Source: Longivirga aurantiaca (GTDB lineage Bacteria; Actinomycetota; Actinomycetes; S36-B12; CAIYMF01). From it: a stretch of DNA of 32,000 bases. The first letter of the stretch is position 1; every line of letters starts with the position of its first letter. Both the position numbers and the translations under genes were made by a program. The notes under the pieces are model-generated. The model was not told the DNA's origin and made no database searches. It was given only the letters and a program-made list of their open reading frames with translations. Shown here piece by piece: positions 1-9,217 of this stretch. The stretch spans positions 1,419,876 to 1,451,875 of the forward strand of contig NZ_JBHSTI010000008.1 in NCBI RefSeq assembly GCF_042660085.1, read 5' to 3'.

Positions 1-404
1 AGCGGGCCGTGTTCGACAAGCTCCAGTCGGTCTCCGGCGTCGGCCCCCGCCTCGCCCAGGCGCTCCTGGCCGCGCACACGCCCGACTCCCTGCGGCTCGC
101 GATCGCCACCGAGGACGTGAAGGCGCTCACCCGCGTCTCCGGCGTCGGGCAGAAGGGCGCCCAGCGGCTCGTGCTCGAGCTCAAGGACAAGCTCGGCGCG
201 CCCACGGGCACCACCGTCGACCTCACCCCCGGCGCGCACGGCGGCCCGGCCTGGCAGGGCCCGGTGCACTCCGCCCTCGTCGGCCTCGGCTGGTCGGCCC
301 GTGAGGCGGACGCCGCCGTGGCCGCGGTGGCAGAGGACGTCGCCCCCGACGCCGACGTCGCCACCGTGCTGCGCCTCGCCCTGCGCTCGCTGGACCGCGC
401 ATGA
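1..404 (+). CDS. ruvA: Holliday junction branch migration protein RuvA, C-terminal part (5' end lies outside the window; codon phase starts at nt 3)
   Basis: The reading frame is open from the window edge. It has two helix-hairpin-helix motifs ('[13 protein letters not shown]', '[17 protein letters not shown]') and a C-terminal domain III-like tail. The stop TGA at 402-404 overlaps the ruvB ATG at 401 (ATGA). Confidence 0.88.
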   Translation, partial: RAVFDKLQSVSGVGPRLAQALLAAHTPDSLRLAIATEDVKALTRVSGVGQKGAQRLVLELKDKLGAPTGTTVDLTPGAHGGPAWQGPVHSALVGLGWSAREADAAVAAVAEDVAPDADVATVLRLALRSLDRA

Positions 405-1489
405 CCTACGACGACGGCTCGTACGACGCGTCGCACGACGACCGCCTGCTCGCACCCGAGGCGGGCTCGGAGGAGGCGGCGCTCGAGTCGGCCCTGCGGC
501 CGCGGACGCTCGACACCTTCATCGGCCAGCAGCGGGTCAAGGACCAGCTCGGGCTCGTGCTCGAGGCGGCCACCGCCCGCGGGCGGGCCGCCGACCACGT
601 GCTGCTCGCCGGGCCGCCCGGCCTCGGCAAGACCACGCTCTCGATGATCATCGCCGCCGAGCTGGGGATGCCGCTGCGCGTCACGAGCGGCCCGGCGCTG
701 CAGCACGCCGGCGACCTCGCGGCGGTGCTGTCGAGCCTCGTGCCCGGCGAGGTGCTGTTCCTCGACGAGATCCACCGCATGTCCCGCGCCGCGGAGGAGA
801 TGCTCTACCTCGCGATGGAGGACTTCCGGGTCGACGTCATCGTGGGGAAGGGCCCGGGCGCCACGGCCATCCCGCTCGAACTGCCGCCGTTCACCCTCGT
901 CGGCGCCACCACCCGGGCGGGTCTGCTGCCGGGCCCGCTGCGCGACCGGTTCGGGTTCACCGCGCACATGGACTTCTACGACGCGTCCGACCTCGAGCTC
1001 ATCCTCGCCCGCAGCGCCGCGCTGCTCGACGTGCCGCTGGCCGCTGACGCCGCGGTCGAGATCGCCGGGCGCAGCCGGGGCACGCCCCGTGTGGCCAACC
1101 GCCTGCTGCGACGCGTCCGCGACTTCGCGCAGGTGCGGGCCGACGGCCATGTCGACCTCGAGGTCGCCCACGCGGCGCTCACGCTGTACGAGGTGGACGA
1201 GATCGGCCTCGACCGGCTCGACCGCGCCGTCCTCACCGCGCTGCTCACCAAGTTCGGCGGCGGGCCGGTGGGTCTGTCCACGCTCGCCGTCGCCGTGGGG
1301 GAGGAGTCCGAGACCGTCGAGACGGTGTGCGAGCCCTTCCTCGTGCGCGCCGGGCTGCTGGCCCGCACGCCGCGCGGCCGGATCGCCACCGCCGCCGCGT
1401 GGGGGCACCTCGGGCTGCGCGCACCGGCCGGATCGGCGGCCGCGCTGCTCCCGTTCGACGAGGACGAGGGCACGGCGCCGAGCGCTTAG
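401..1489 (+). CDS. ruvB: Holliday junction branch migration DNA helicase RuvB
   Basis: 362 aa. It has Walker A 'GPPGLGKTT', Walker B 'VLFLDEIHR', the sensor region '[20 protein letters not shown]' and a winged-helix C-terminus. The start is coupled to the ruvA stop. Confidence 0.97.
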   Translation: MTYDDGSYDASHDDRLLAPEAGSEEAALESALRPRTLDTFIGQQRVKDQLGLVLEAATARGRAADHVLLAGPPGLGKTTLSMIIAAELGMPLRVTSGPALQHAGDLAAVLSSLVPGEVLFLDEIHRMSRAAEEMLYLAMEDFRVDVIVGKGPGATAIPLELPPFTLVGATTRAGLLPGPLRDRFGFTAHMDFYDASDLELILARSAALLDVPLAADAAVEIAGRSRGTPRVANRLLRRVRDFAQVRADGHVDLEVAHAALTLYEVDEIGLDRLDRAVLTALLTKFGGGPVGLSTLAVAVGEESETVETVCEPFLVRAGLLARTPRGRIATAAAWGHLGLRAPAGSAAALLPFDEDEGTAPSA

Positions 1490-1542
1490 ACTCACCTGGA
1501 CGCGTCGGGACCCTCCGTCGCTCCGAGTGAAGGATCCCCGTC

Positions 1543-1881
1543 GTGCCGCAGAACATCAGCGCCCTGCTCCCGCTGCTCCTGATCGCCGCGGCGTTCTACT
1601 TCCTCATCCTGCGCCCGACCAGGGCCCGCCAGGCGGCCCAGCGCGAGACGGTGTCCAAGCTGGCCCCGGGCGTCCGGATCATGACGACGGCCGGGCTGTT
1701 CGGCACGGTCGAGGCCCTCGACGGCGACGACGTGCTGCTCGAGATCGCGCCGGGGGTCACCGTGCGCTACGTGGCCGCCGCGGTGGCCAAGGTGCTCGAC
1801 CCGGCCGCACCCGACGCCGTTGCGGGAACCCCGGAGGAGAGCCGCCCGTCGATCATCGAGGGCGACACGGCCGGCTCCTAG
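1543..1881 (+). CDS. yajC: preprotein translocase subunit YajC
   Basis: 112 aa with a GTG start. It has a single N-terminal TM helix ('LLPLLLIAAAFYFLILRP') followed by the YajC core 'VSKLAPGVRIMTTAGLFGTVEAL'. It sits upstream of secDF. Confidence 0.9.
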   Translation: MPQNISALLPLLLIAAAFYFLILRPTRARQAAQRETVSKLAPGVRIMTTAGLFGTVEALDGDDVLLEIAPGVTVRYVAAAVAKVLDPAAPDAVAGTPEESRPSIIEGDTAGS

Positions 1882-2079
1882 CCACCCGCGGTCCGGAGAA
1901 GCCCTCCGGGTCGTCCATACTTCTCGGGCACGGGACCCTCGCGGGGCCTGTGCCCGCGCGGGTCCTCGTGGCCCGCACGGTCCACAGCGGCTCCGGCCGC
2001 GGCAACGGGTCCCGTTCAGCGGGCACGACGGTCCACCACCTGGGGGAGTCCCCGGGCTGGACGCACAGGAGACACCACG

Positions 2080-3837
2080 GTGGCAGCACCGACCCAGGCG
2101 AGCGCGCGGCCCGGCCGCACCCTCGTGATCCTCGGCCTCGTGATCCTCGGCCTCGTCGTGTGGACGCTCTGGCCCGGCCAGAGCCACACGCCGAAGCTCG
2201 GGCTCGACCTGCGCGGCGGCACCCAGGTGATCCTCACCCCGACCTCCGCCGACGGTGGTGGCGCGATCACCGACGACCAGCTCAAGCAGACGGTGGAGAT
2301 CATCCGCCAGCGCGTCGACGGCTTCGGCGTCGCCGAGTCGGAGGTGACCACCCAGGGGTCCGGCTCCAACGCGACCATCGTCGTCTCCATCCCGGGCGTC
2401 ACCAACCAGGCGGTGCTCGACTCGCTCGCCACCACCGCCAAGCTCGACTTCCGGCCGGTGCTGGCCATCGACTTCGGCTCGCCGCAGGTCGCGCCGAGTG
2501 GGAGCCCGTCGCCGTCGCCGTCCTCCTCGGCCTCCGGCAGCAGCAGCGCCTCCCCGAGCGCCAGCGCCTCGGCCAGCCCCAGCGCCTCGCCCTCGGCGTC
2601 GGCCAACGGCGCCCCGCTGCCGCAGACGGCGGCCTCCGGCAGCGCCACGCCGACCGCCTCGGCCTCGCCGAGCCCGAGCGCGTCGGGCACCGCCGCGGCC
2701 GGGGACCTCCCGCCGATCCAGTCGGCCACGAACGACGCCGCCTTCCAGGCGAAGTACGTCGCGCTCGACTGCCTCGCGCCCGGCGCCACCCAGGGCGGCC
2801 CGGCCGACCCCAAGAAGTTCATCGCGACGTGCCAGGACGACGGCTCGCTCAAGTACCTGCTCGACCCGGCAGCGGTCGAGGGCACCGAGATCGCCAGCGC
2901 CCAGGCCACCATCGCCCAGCAGGGCGTCGGCTGGGAGGTTCAGCTCACCTTCACCCCGGACGGGGCCACCCAGTTCGCCGAGGTGACCGGCCAGCTCGCC
3001 CAGAACCCGTCGCCGCAGAACCAGTTCGCGATCACGCTCGACGGCCTCGTGCAGTCCGCGCCGTACGTCTCGCAGGCGATCCTCGGCGGCAACGCGGTCA
3101 TCACCGGCAGCTTCACCGCGGAGGAGGCCAAGGCCCTCGCCAACGTGCTGAAGTACGGCTCGCTGCCCGTCGCCCTGAAGGTGTCGTCGGTCGAGCAGCT
3201 CTCGCCCACCCTCGGTCAGGACCAGCTCGACGCCGGCCTCATCGCCGGTGCGCTCGGCCTGCTGCTCGTGGTGGTCTACCTCTGCCTCTACTACCGGGCC
3301 CTCGGCCTGGTGGCGGTGGCGTCGCTTCTCGTGGCTGCGGTCATCACCTACACGCTGATCGTGATCCTCGGCCGGCAGATCGGTTTCACGCTGTCGCTCG
3401 CGGGTGTCGCGGGTGTCATCGTGGCGATCGGAATCACGGCCGACTCGTTCGTCGTGTATTTCGAGCGCATCCGCGACGAGATCCGCGAGGGTCGCACGCA
3501 CCGCCAGGCCGGCGATCTCGGCTGGATCCGCGCACGGCGCACGATCCTTGCGGCCGACTTCGTGTCGCTGCTCGCCGCCGTCGTCCTGTACTTCCTGTCC
3601 GTCGGCAGCGTCCGCGGCTTCGCGTTCACCCTCGGTCTGACGACCCTGGTCGACGTCGCGGTCGCCTTCCTGTTCACCCGGCCGCTCGTGCAGATCCTGA
3701 TGCGCAACAAGGCGTTCACCTCCGGCAAGCCGTGGACCGGCCTGTCACCCGACCGGCTGGGCGTGAAGCAGACCATCTCCGACGACGCCCCCCGCCAGAC
3801 CCTGGCCGCGAGCCGCGCCGCCTCCAAGGAGTCCTGA
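2080..3837 (+). CDS. secD: protein translocase subunit SecD
   Basis: 585 aa. A GTG start at 2080 is preceded by AGGAGA (2067-2072). It has the 'GLDLRGGTQV' motif, a periplasmic P1 domain and a C-terminal six-TM bundle ('GITADSFVVYFERIRDE'). A ~70-aa Ser/Ala/Pro low-complexity insert is present. Confidence 0.96.
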   Translation: MAAPTQASARPGRTLVILGLVILGLVVWTLWPGQSHTPKLGLDLRGGTQVILTPTSADGGGAITDDQLKQTVEIIRQRVDGFGVAESEVTTQGSGSNATIVVSIPGVTNQAVLDSLATTAKLDFRPVLAIDFGSPQVAPSGSPSPSPSSSASGSSSASPSASASASPSASPSASANGAPLPQTAASGSATPTASASPSPSASGTAAAGDLPPIQSATNDAAFQAKYVALDCLAPGATQGGPADPKKFIATCQDDGSLKYLLDPAAVEGTEIASAQATIAQQGVGWEVQLTFTPDGATQFAEVTGQLAQNPSPQNQFAITLDGLVQSAPYVSQAILGGNAVITGSFTAEEAKALANVLKYGSLPVALKVSSVEQLSPTLGQDQLDAGLIAGALGLLLVVVYLCLYYRALGLVAVASLLVAAVITYTLIVILGRQIGFTLSLAGVAGVIVAIGITADSFVVYFERIRDEIREGRTHRQAGDLGWIRARRTILAADFVSLLAAVVLYFLSVGSVRGFAFTLGLTTLVDVAVAFLFTRPLVQILMRNKAFTSGKPWTGLSPDRLGVKQTISDDAPRQTLAASRAASKES

Positions 3838-4991
3838 TGCCCACCCGACTCGGTTCTCTGGCGCACCGCCTCTACAGCGGCGAGGTCTCGTACGACTTCG
3901 TCGGCAAGCGTCGCCGCTGGTACGCCCTCTCCGGCGTGATCCTGGTGCTCGCGCTCGTCGGCCTGTTCGGCCGGGGCCTCAACCTCGGCATCGAGTTCCG
4001 GGGCGGCTCGGAGTTCCGGGTGCCCGGCACGACCGCCACCGTCGAGGACGCTCGCGCGTCCGCGGAGGCCGCAGGCATCCAGGACCCGATCGTCACCGAG
4101 GTCGGCCAGGGGGTGCTGCGCATCCAGACGCCGGCGCTCACGCCGACCGAGTCTGCCGCGGTCACCCAGCAGCTGTCGGACGACCTCGGCGCACCGGTCG
4201 CCGACATCGGCGTCCAGCTCGTCGGGCCGTCGTGGGGCGCGGAGATCACCCAGCGCGCAGTGCAGGGCCTTGTCGCCTTCCTCGTGCTCGTCGTGATCTT
4301 CCTGTCGTTCTACTTCGAGTGGCGGCTCGCGGTCGCGGCGCTCGTCGCGCTGCTGCACGACCTCGTCATCACGATCGGCATCTACGCCCTCACCGGCTTC
4401 GAGGTGACCCCAGCGACGGTGATCGGTGTCCTCACGATCCTCGGCTTCTCCCTATACGACACGGTCGTCGTGTTCGACAAGGTCAGGGAGAACACCCGCA
4501 ACATCACGTCCGGCAACCGCGCGACGTACAGCGAGGCCGCGAACCTCGCCCTCAACCAGACCCTGGTGCGCTCGATCAACACCTCGATCGTGGCCCTGCT
4601 GCCCGTCGCGGCGATCCTCGTGATCGGCGTCGGCCTGCTCGGCGCCGGCACGTTGAAGGACCTCGCGCTCGCGCTCTTCATCGGCACGGCTGCGGGCACC
4701 TACTCGTCGATCTTCATCGCGACGCCGGTGGCCTGCCAGCTGCAGGAGCGCCGACCCGAGATGAAGGCGCTCGCCGCCCGGGTCGAGGCACGGCGCGCCG
4801 GGCTCGACTCGCGTGCACGTCGTCGCCCTGCCGGCAGTGGCACGGCGACCGCCGTGGTCGAGGAGACCGAGGCGGAGGCCGACGGGCAGACCGTGGCCGA
4901 GCAGCTCGCGTCACCGCAGACCGTGGCACCCGCCGGGCCGCGCCAGCAGCCCAAGCGCAACGTCCCGCGGCAGCAGCGCAAGAAGCGCTGA
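3837..4991 (+). CDS. secF: protein translocase subunit SecF
   Basis: The ATG at 3837 overlaps the secD TGA (3835-3837). 384 aa with 'GIEFRGGSEF' and a TM bundle ('LHDLVITIGIYAL', 'FSLYDTVVVFDKVREN'), plus a long basic C-terminal tail. It is the 3' portion of the artefactual 1300-aa ORF 1089..4991. Confidence 0.95.
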   Translation: MPTRLGSLAHRLYSGEVSYDFVGKRRRWYALSGVILVLALVGLFGRGLNLGIEFRGGSEFRVPGTTATVEDARASAEAAGIQDPIVTEVGQGVLRIQTPALTPTESAAVTQQLSDDLGAPVADIGVQLVGPSWGAEITQRAVQGLVAFLVLVVIFLSFYFEWRLAVAALVALLHDLVITIGIYALTGFEVTPATVIGVLTILGFSLYDTVVVFDKVRENTRNITSGNRATYSEAANLALNQTLVRSINTSIVALLPVAAILVIGVGLLGAGTLKDLALALFIGTAAGTYSSIFIATPVACQLQERRPEMKALAARVEARRAGLDSRARRRPAGSGTATAVVEETEAEADGQTVAEQLASPQTVAPAGPRQQPKRNVPRQQRKKR

Positions 4992-5524
4992 TGGCCGAGC
5001 TCGAGGCCCTGCTCGACACCCGCATTCGATCGATCCCCGACTGGCCGGTGCCGGGCGTCGTCTTCCGCGACATCACGCCGCTGCTGGCCGACCCGGCCGG
5101 CATCCCCGCGGTGGTCGAGGGGATCGCGACTGCGCTGACGGCAGCCGGGGTCCACGGCGCGGACCTCGTCGCGGGCGTCGAGGCCCGCGGGTTCATCCTC
5201 GGGGCGCCGCTGGCGGTCGGGCTCGGCGTCGGGTTCGTGCCGGTGCGCAAGGAGGGCAAGCTGCCCGGCGACGTGCACGCCGAGAGCTACGACCTCGAGT
5301 ACGGCCAGGCCACGCTCGAGGTGCAGGTGGGCGCCGTGGCGTCCGGCCACCGCGTGGTGCTCGTCGACGACGTCCTCGCCACCGGTGGCACAGCTGCTGC
5401 CGCGGTCAACCTGCTGCGCGCGGCCGGGGCCGAGGTGCTCGCGCTCGTGTGCCTGCTCGAGCTGCCCGCCCTGGGCGGTCGTGAGCGGCTCGACGTGCCG
5501 GTCATCGCGCTCCGCGCTGTCTGA
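4991..5524 (+). CDS. apt: adenine phosphoribosyltransferase
   Basis: The ATG at 4991 overlaps the secF TGA (4989-4991). 177 aa with the PRPP-binding motif 'VVLVDDVLATGGTAAA' and 'GVEARGFILGAPLA'. Confidence 0.95.
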   Translation: MAELEALLDTRIRSIPDWPVPGVVFRDITPLLADPAGIPAVVEGIATALTAAGVHGADLVAGVEARGFILGAPLAVGLGVGFVPVRKEGKLPGDVHAESYDLEYGQATLEVQVGAVASGHRVVLVDDVLATGGTAAAAVNLLRAAGAEVLALVCLLELPALGGRERLDVPVIALRAV

Positions 5525-5631
5525 ACCATCACGCCCCGACCCGCCACATCCTGCAGGGATCCGCACGTGCCCTCCAGGTACGCTCGTCGCGACCGGCGGA
5601 GGCATCTTCGTCGTACGACGGAGGACCGCCA

Positions 5632-6237
5632 GTGGCTGTGAGCGACCCCCTGCCGGGGCCCGTGTTCGAGGTGCGGCACCGCTGGACGTACGTCGAGATG
5701 CTGCTGTCGAGCATCGCCTCGCTGGCCGCCGCGCTCGTGCTGTCGGTCGAGGCCTGGCTGCTGGCCAAGGACCCCGATGCGATCTTCTCGTGCGACGTCA
5801 ACAGCAAGATCTCCTGCGGCACGGTGGCCGAGTCGTGGCAGGCGACCCTGCTCGGATTCCCCAACGCCTACCTCGGCCTGATCTTCGAGTCGGTCGTCAT
5901 CACGATCGCGCTCGCGTCCCTGTCGGGCGTGCGCTTCCCGCGCCGGTTCATGCTGGGGGCGCACGCGCTGTACACGATCGCCATCGCCTTCGCCTACTGG
6001 CTGTTCCTGCAGGCCTACTTCGTGATCGGGTCGCTCTGCCCGTGGTGCCTGCTCGTGACGGTGGCGACCACGCTCGTCTTCACCTCGATCACCCGCGTGA
6101 ACATCCTCGACCGCACCATCACCTTCGGGCGGCACCAGGAGACGGTGGAGCGCTGGGTGCGGCTCGGCGCCGACACCGCCGTGGCGCTGCTGCTCATCGC
6201 TGTGATCGGGGCGATGGTGGCGTTCCGCTACCTGTGA
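5632..6237 (+). CDS. vitamin K epoxide reductase (VKOR) family membrane thiol oxidoreductase
   Basis: 201 aa. A GTG start is preceded by GGAGGA (5620-5625). Several predicted TM helices are present. A loop Cys pair lies in 'SCDVNSKISCG' and an intramembrane CXXC in 'LCPWCLL', which together match the VKOR four-Cys pattern. There is no fused thioredoxin domain. Confidence 0.8.
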   Translation: MAVSDPLPGPVFEVRHRWTYVEMLLSSIASLAAALVLSVEAWLLAKDPDAIFSCDVNSKISCGTVAESWQATLLGFPNAYLGLIFESVVITIALASLSGVRFPRRFMLGAHALYTIAIAFAYWLFLQAYFVIGSLCPWCLLVTVATTLVFTSITRVNILDRTITFGRHQETVERWVRLGADTAVALLLIAVIGAMVAFRYL

Positions 6238-6320
6238 GGCGTGCCGGCACCCGACCCGCGCTCGCAGCGCTCCGCCCGTAGACTGACGCGACCAGCGGTC
6301 GCAGCGTGCGAGGAGGTCGG

Positions 6321-8639
6321 GTGGCCGAGGACGTCGTAGCGAAGCCGGGCGCCGCGGCGCCCGCTGCGACTACGGCTGCCCAGCCGCAACCGGTCAGCCC
6401 TGCGTACGAGGCCACCAGCCGGCGCTCGCTGCTCCCGCGGATCTCGGCCCGTCGCGGCGGCAACCGGTCGAGCGCGCACCCCGAGCTCGAGCCCCTGCTG
6501 CGCACCGTCAGGCAGTTCCACCCCAAGGCCGACCTCAAGGTGCTCGAGCTCGCGTACGAGCGGGCGGCGTACCTCCACCGCGACCAGCACCGGCGCAGCG
6601 GCGACCCGTACATCACGCACCCGCTGGCCGTGGCGACGATCCTCGCCGAGCTCGGCATGACCCCGCCGACCCTCGCCGCCGCGCTGCTGCACGACACGGT
6701 GGAGGACACCGAGTACTCCCTCGACGCGCTGCGCGAGGACTTCGGCGACGAGGTGGCGGCGCTGGTCGACGGCGTCACCAAGCTCGACAAGGTGAAGTAC
6801 GGCCAGGCCACCGCGGCCGAGACGGTCCGCAAGATGGTCGTGGCGATGGCGCGCGACATCCGCGTGCTCGTCATCAAGCTCGCCGACCGCCTGCACAACA
6901 TGCGCACGCTCCGCTGGATGCCGCCGGCCAAGCAGGAGCAGAAGGCGCGCGAGACGCTCGAGATCTACGCGCCCCTCGCCCATCGCCTGGGCATGAACAC
7001 CATGAAGTGGGAGCTGGAGGACCTCGCGTTCGCCACGCTGTACCCGAAGATGTACGACGAGATCGTGCGCCTCGTCGGGCAGCGCGCGCCGGAGCGCGAC
7101 AGCTACCTGACCGCGGTCAAGGAGGCGGTCGAGAAGGACCTCGACGACGCGAAGATCAAGCACACGGTGACGGGCCGGCCCAAGCACTACTACTCCGTCT
7201 ACCAGAAGATGATCGTGCGGGGCCGCGATTTCGCGGACATCTACGACCTCGTCGGCATCCGCATCCTGGTCGAGTCGGTGCGCGACTGCTACGCGGTCCT
7301 CGGCGTCATCCACTCGCGGTGGAACCCGGTCCCCGGCCGGTTCAAGGACTTCATCGCGATGCCCAAGTTCAACATGTACCAGTCGCTGCACACGACCGTC
7401 ATCGGGCCGACCGGCCGCCCGGTCGAGCTGCAGATCCGCACCATGGACATGCACCGGGCCGCGGAGTACGGCGTCGCCGCGCACTGGCGCTACAAGCAGG
7501 GGAGCGTCGGCGGCAAGCAGGGCCCGGACGACATGGGCTGGCTGCGCCAGCTGCTCGAGTGGCAGCGCGAGACCGAGGACCCGGACGACTTCCTCGACTC
7601 CCTGCGCTACGACCTCGCCTCCAACGAGGTGTTCGTCTTCACGCCGAAGGGCGACGTCGTGGCGCTGCCGGGCGGTTCGACGCCGGTCGACTTCGCGTAC
7701 GCCGTCCACACCGAGGTCGGGCACCGCTGCGTCGGCGCGCGCGTCAACGGGAAGCTCGTGCCGCTCGAGTCGTCGCTCACCTCGGGCGACGCAGTCGAGG
7801 TGTTCACCTCGAAGGCGGAGAACGCAGGCCCGAACCGCGACTGGCTGCAGTTCGTCAAGAGCCCGCGCGCCCGTTCGAAGATCAAGGCCTGGTTCTCCAA
7901 GGAGCGCCGCGAGGAGGCGGTCGAGTCCGGCAAGGAGTCGATCACGCGTGCGATGCGCAAGGCCGGCCTCCCGCTGCACCGGCTGCTGTCACCCGGCGCG
8001 CTGCAGGGCCTGCTCGCCGACCTGCACATGTCCGACGTCACCGCGCTCTACGCCGCGGTCGGCGAGGGCCGCGTGTCGGCGACGGCGGTCGTGCAGAAGC
8101 TCATGCAGGCGCACGGCGGCACCGACGGCGCCACCGAGGACCTCGCCGAGGTCGTCACGCCGGGCAAGATCGCGACGGGCAAGGCGCGCCCGCAGGGCGA
8201 CCCCGGCATCGTGGTCGACGGCGACGACGACGTGTGGGTCAAGCTCGCCCGCTGCTGCACGCCGGTGCCGGGCGACGAGGTGCTCGGCTTCGTCACGCGC
8301 GGGCACGGCGTCTCGGTGCACCGCACGGACTGCGTCAACATCTCCTCGCTGCGCCAGGAGCCCGACCGCATCGTGCCCGTCACGTGGTCGCCGAAGGCCA
8401 CGAGCGTGTTCCTCGTCAACATCCAGGTCGAGGCGCTCGACCGCTCGCGCCTGCTGTCCGACGTCACCCGCGCGCTGTCCGACCAGCACGTGAACATCCT
8501 GTCGGCGTCGGTGAGCACCACCCGCGACCGCATCGCGCTCTCGCGCTTCACCTTCGAGATGGCCGACGCCACGCATCTCGGCTCGGTGCTGAAGACCGTG
8601 CGCGGCGTCGAAGGCGTCTACGACGTCTACCGCGTGTGA
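6321..8639 (+). CDS. relA: bifunctional (p)ppGpp synthetase/hydrolase, RelA/SpoT family
   Basis: The ORF is open from 6306. I prefer the GTG at 6321, which follows AGGAGG (6311-6316) and gives an N-terminus 'MAEDVV' like the mycobacterial Rel 'MAED'. It has an HD hydrolase domain ('[13 protein letters not shown]', 'LHDTVEDT'), a synthetase domain ('YYSVYQKM', 'DLVGIRILV', 'YQSLHTTV'), a TGS domain ('[24 protein letters not shown]') and a C-terminal ACT-like domain. Confidence 0.96.
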   Translation: MAEDVVAKPGAAAPAATTAAQPQPVSPAYEATSRRSLLPRISARRGGNRSSAHPELEPLLRTVRQFHPKADLKVLELAYERAAYLHRDQHRRSGDPYITHPLAVATILAELGMTPPTLAAALLHDTVEDTEYSLDALREDFGDEVAALVDGVTKLDKVKYGQATAAETVRKMVVAMARDIRVLVIKLADRLHNMRTLRWMPPAKQEQKARETLEIYAPLAHRLGMNTMKWELEDLAFATLYPKMYDEIVRLVGQRAPERDSYLTAVKEAVEKDLDDAKIKHTVTGRPKHYYSVYQKMIVRGRDFADIYDLVGIRILVESVRDCYAVLGVIHSRWNPVPGRFKDFIAMPKFNMYQSLHTTVIGPTGRPVELQIRTMDMHRAAEYGVAAHWRYKQGSVGGKQGPDDMGWLRQLLEWQRETEDPDDFLDSLRYDLASNEVFVFTPKGDVVALPGGSTPVDFAYAVHTEVGHRCVGARVNGKLVPLESSLTSGDAVEVFTSKAENAGPNRDWLQFVKSPRARSKIKAWFSKERREEAVESGKESITRAMRKAGLPLHRLLSPGALQGLLADLHMSDVTALYAAVGEGRVSATAVVQKLMQAHGGTDGATEDLAEVVTPGKIATGKARPQGDPGIVVDGDDDVWVKLARCCTPVPGDEVLGFVTRGHGVSVHRTDCVNISSLRQEPDRIVPVTWSPKATSVFLVNIQVEALDRSRLLSDVTRALSDQHVNILSASVSTTRDRIALSRFTFEMADATHLGSVLKTVRGVEGVYDVYRV

Positions 8640-9154
8640 CCGGGTACGGCACCCCGAGCCTCGGCACCGCGCGGCTCGCCCTCTCGCCGTACACCGAGGA
8701 CGACCGCGCCGCGTTCGTCGCGCTCCTGGGGCAGGACTCGGTCACGTGCTACATGGGCGACGGCGAGCCCATGACCGAGGTCGCGTCCGTCTCGATGTTC
8801 ACCAAGGTGCTCGACGAGATCTACCCCGCCGGGTCCTGGCCGATCTGGTGCGTCCGTGAGGGCGGCCGGCTGGTGGGCCACGCCGAGGTGAAGCCCAGCC
8901 CGGGGGAGCGCATCGACGGCTGGGAGGTCGTCTACGCCCTCGACCCGTCCGTGTGGGGACGCGGGCTCGGCACCGAGCTCGTCGTCGCGCTCACGGCGTA
9001 CGCGCACGACGCCCTCGGGCTCGTCGAGGTGCACGCCACCGTGGATCCGGCCAACACGGCGTCGCTCGACGTGCTGGTGCGCGTCGGGTACATAGGCCTG
9101 CCGGACATCGACGAGGACGGCGAGCTCACCCGCCACCTCGTCCATCGCTCCTAG
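8636..9154 (+). CDS. GNAT family N-acetyltransferase (RimJ/RimL-like)
   Basis: The GTG at 8636 overlaps the relA TGA (8637-8639). 172 aa with GNAT motif A '[14 protein letters not shown]' and '[14 protein letters not shown]'. It is the 3' portion of ORF 7007..9154. Confidence 0.8.
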   Translation: MTGYGTPSLGTARLALSPYTEDDRAAFVALLGQDSVTCYMGDGEPMTEVASVSMFTKVLDEIYPAGSWPIWCVREGGRLVGHAEVKPSPGERIDGWEVVYALDPSVWGRGLGTELVVALTAYAHDALGLVEVHATVDPANTASLDVLVRVGYIGLPDIDEDGELTRHLVHRS

Positions 9155-9167
9155 CCCTCACCCACGC

Positions 9168-9200
9168 AAGTGCCACAGAACCCGGGGTTCTGTGGCACTT
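9168..9200. terminator. bidirectional stem-loop between the convergent GNAT (+) and DUF349 (-) genes
   Basis: A near-perfect palindrome AAGTGCCACAGAACC-CGG-GGTTCTGTGGCACTT gives a 15-bp stem. It starts 14 nt after the + strand stop and ends 18 nt before the - strand stop. No clear U-tract is present. Confidence 0.7.
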
Positions 9201-9217
9201 CGGTGCGTACGGCGGGA

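Noticed and set aside
1492-3501. 669-aa minus-strand ORF antisense to yajC/secD, together with the similar antisense ORFs 6228..7979, 11800..14112, 14208..18188, 19248..20786, 26439..28247, 28223..29848 and 29986..31155
   Set aside because: All lie exactly opposite well-supported genes. They have Arg/Gly/Asp/His-rich compositions with no recognisable motifs and no ribosome-binding sites. Stop-codon paucity in ~72% GC DNA explains them.
1089-3836. Upstream 2.7 kb of the 1300-aa + strand ORF 1089..4991
   Set aside because: The translation is Arg/Pro/Ala-rich nonsense running out of frame across ruvB, yajC and secD. Only the last 384 codons (from the ATG at 3837) have SecF features. This is a typical high-GC open-frame artefact.
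7007-8635. Upstream part of + strand ORF 7007..9154, and the analogous out-of-frame ORFs 301..1047, 4232..4990, 12126..14228, 14069..16903, 18815..20992 and 21774..22904
   Set aside because: These are alternative frames of relA, ruvB, secF, hisS, aspS, alaS and mltG. Only their 3' portions, where present (GNAT, apt, aspS, aroE), carry real domain signatures and proper start contexts.
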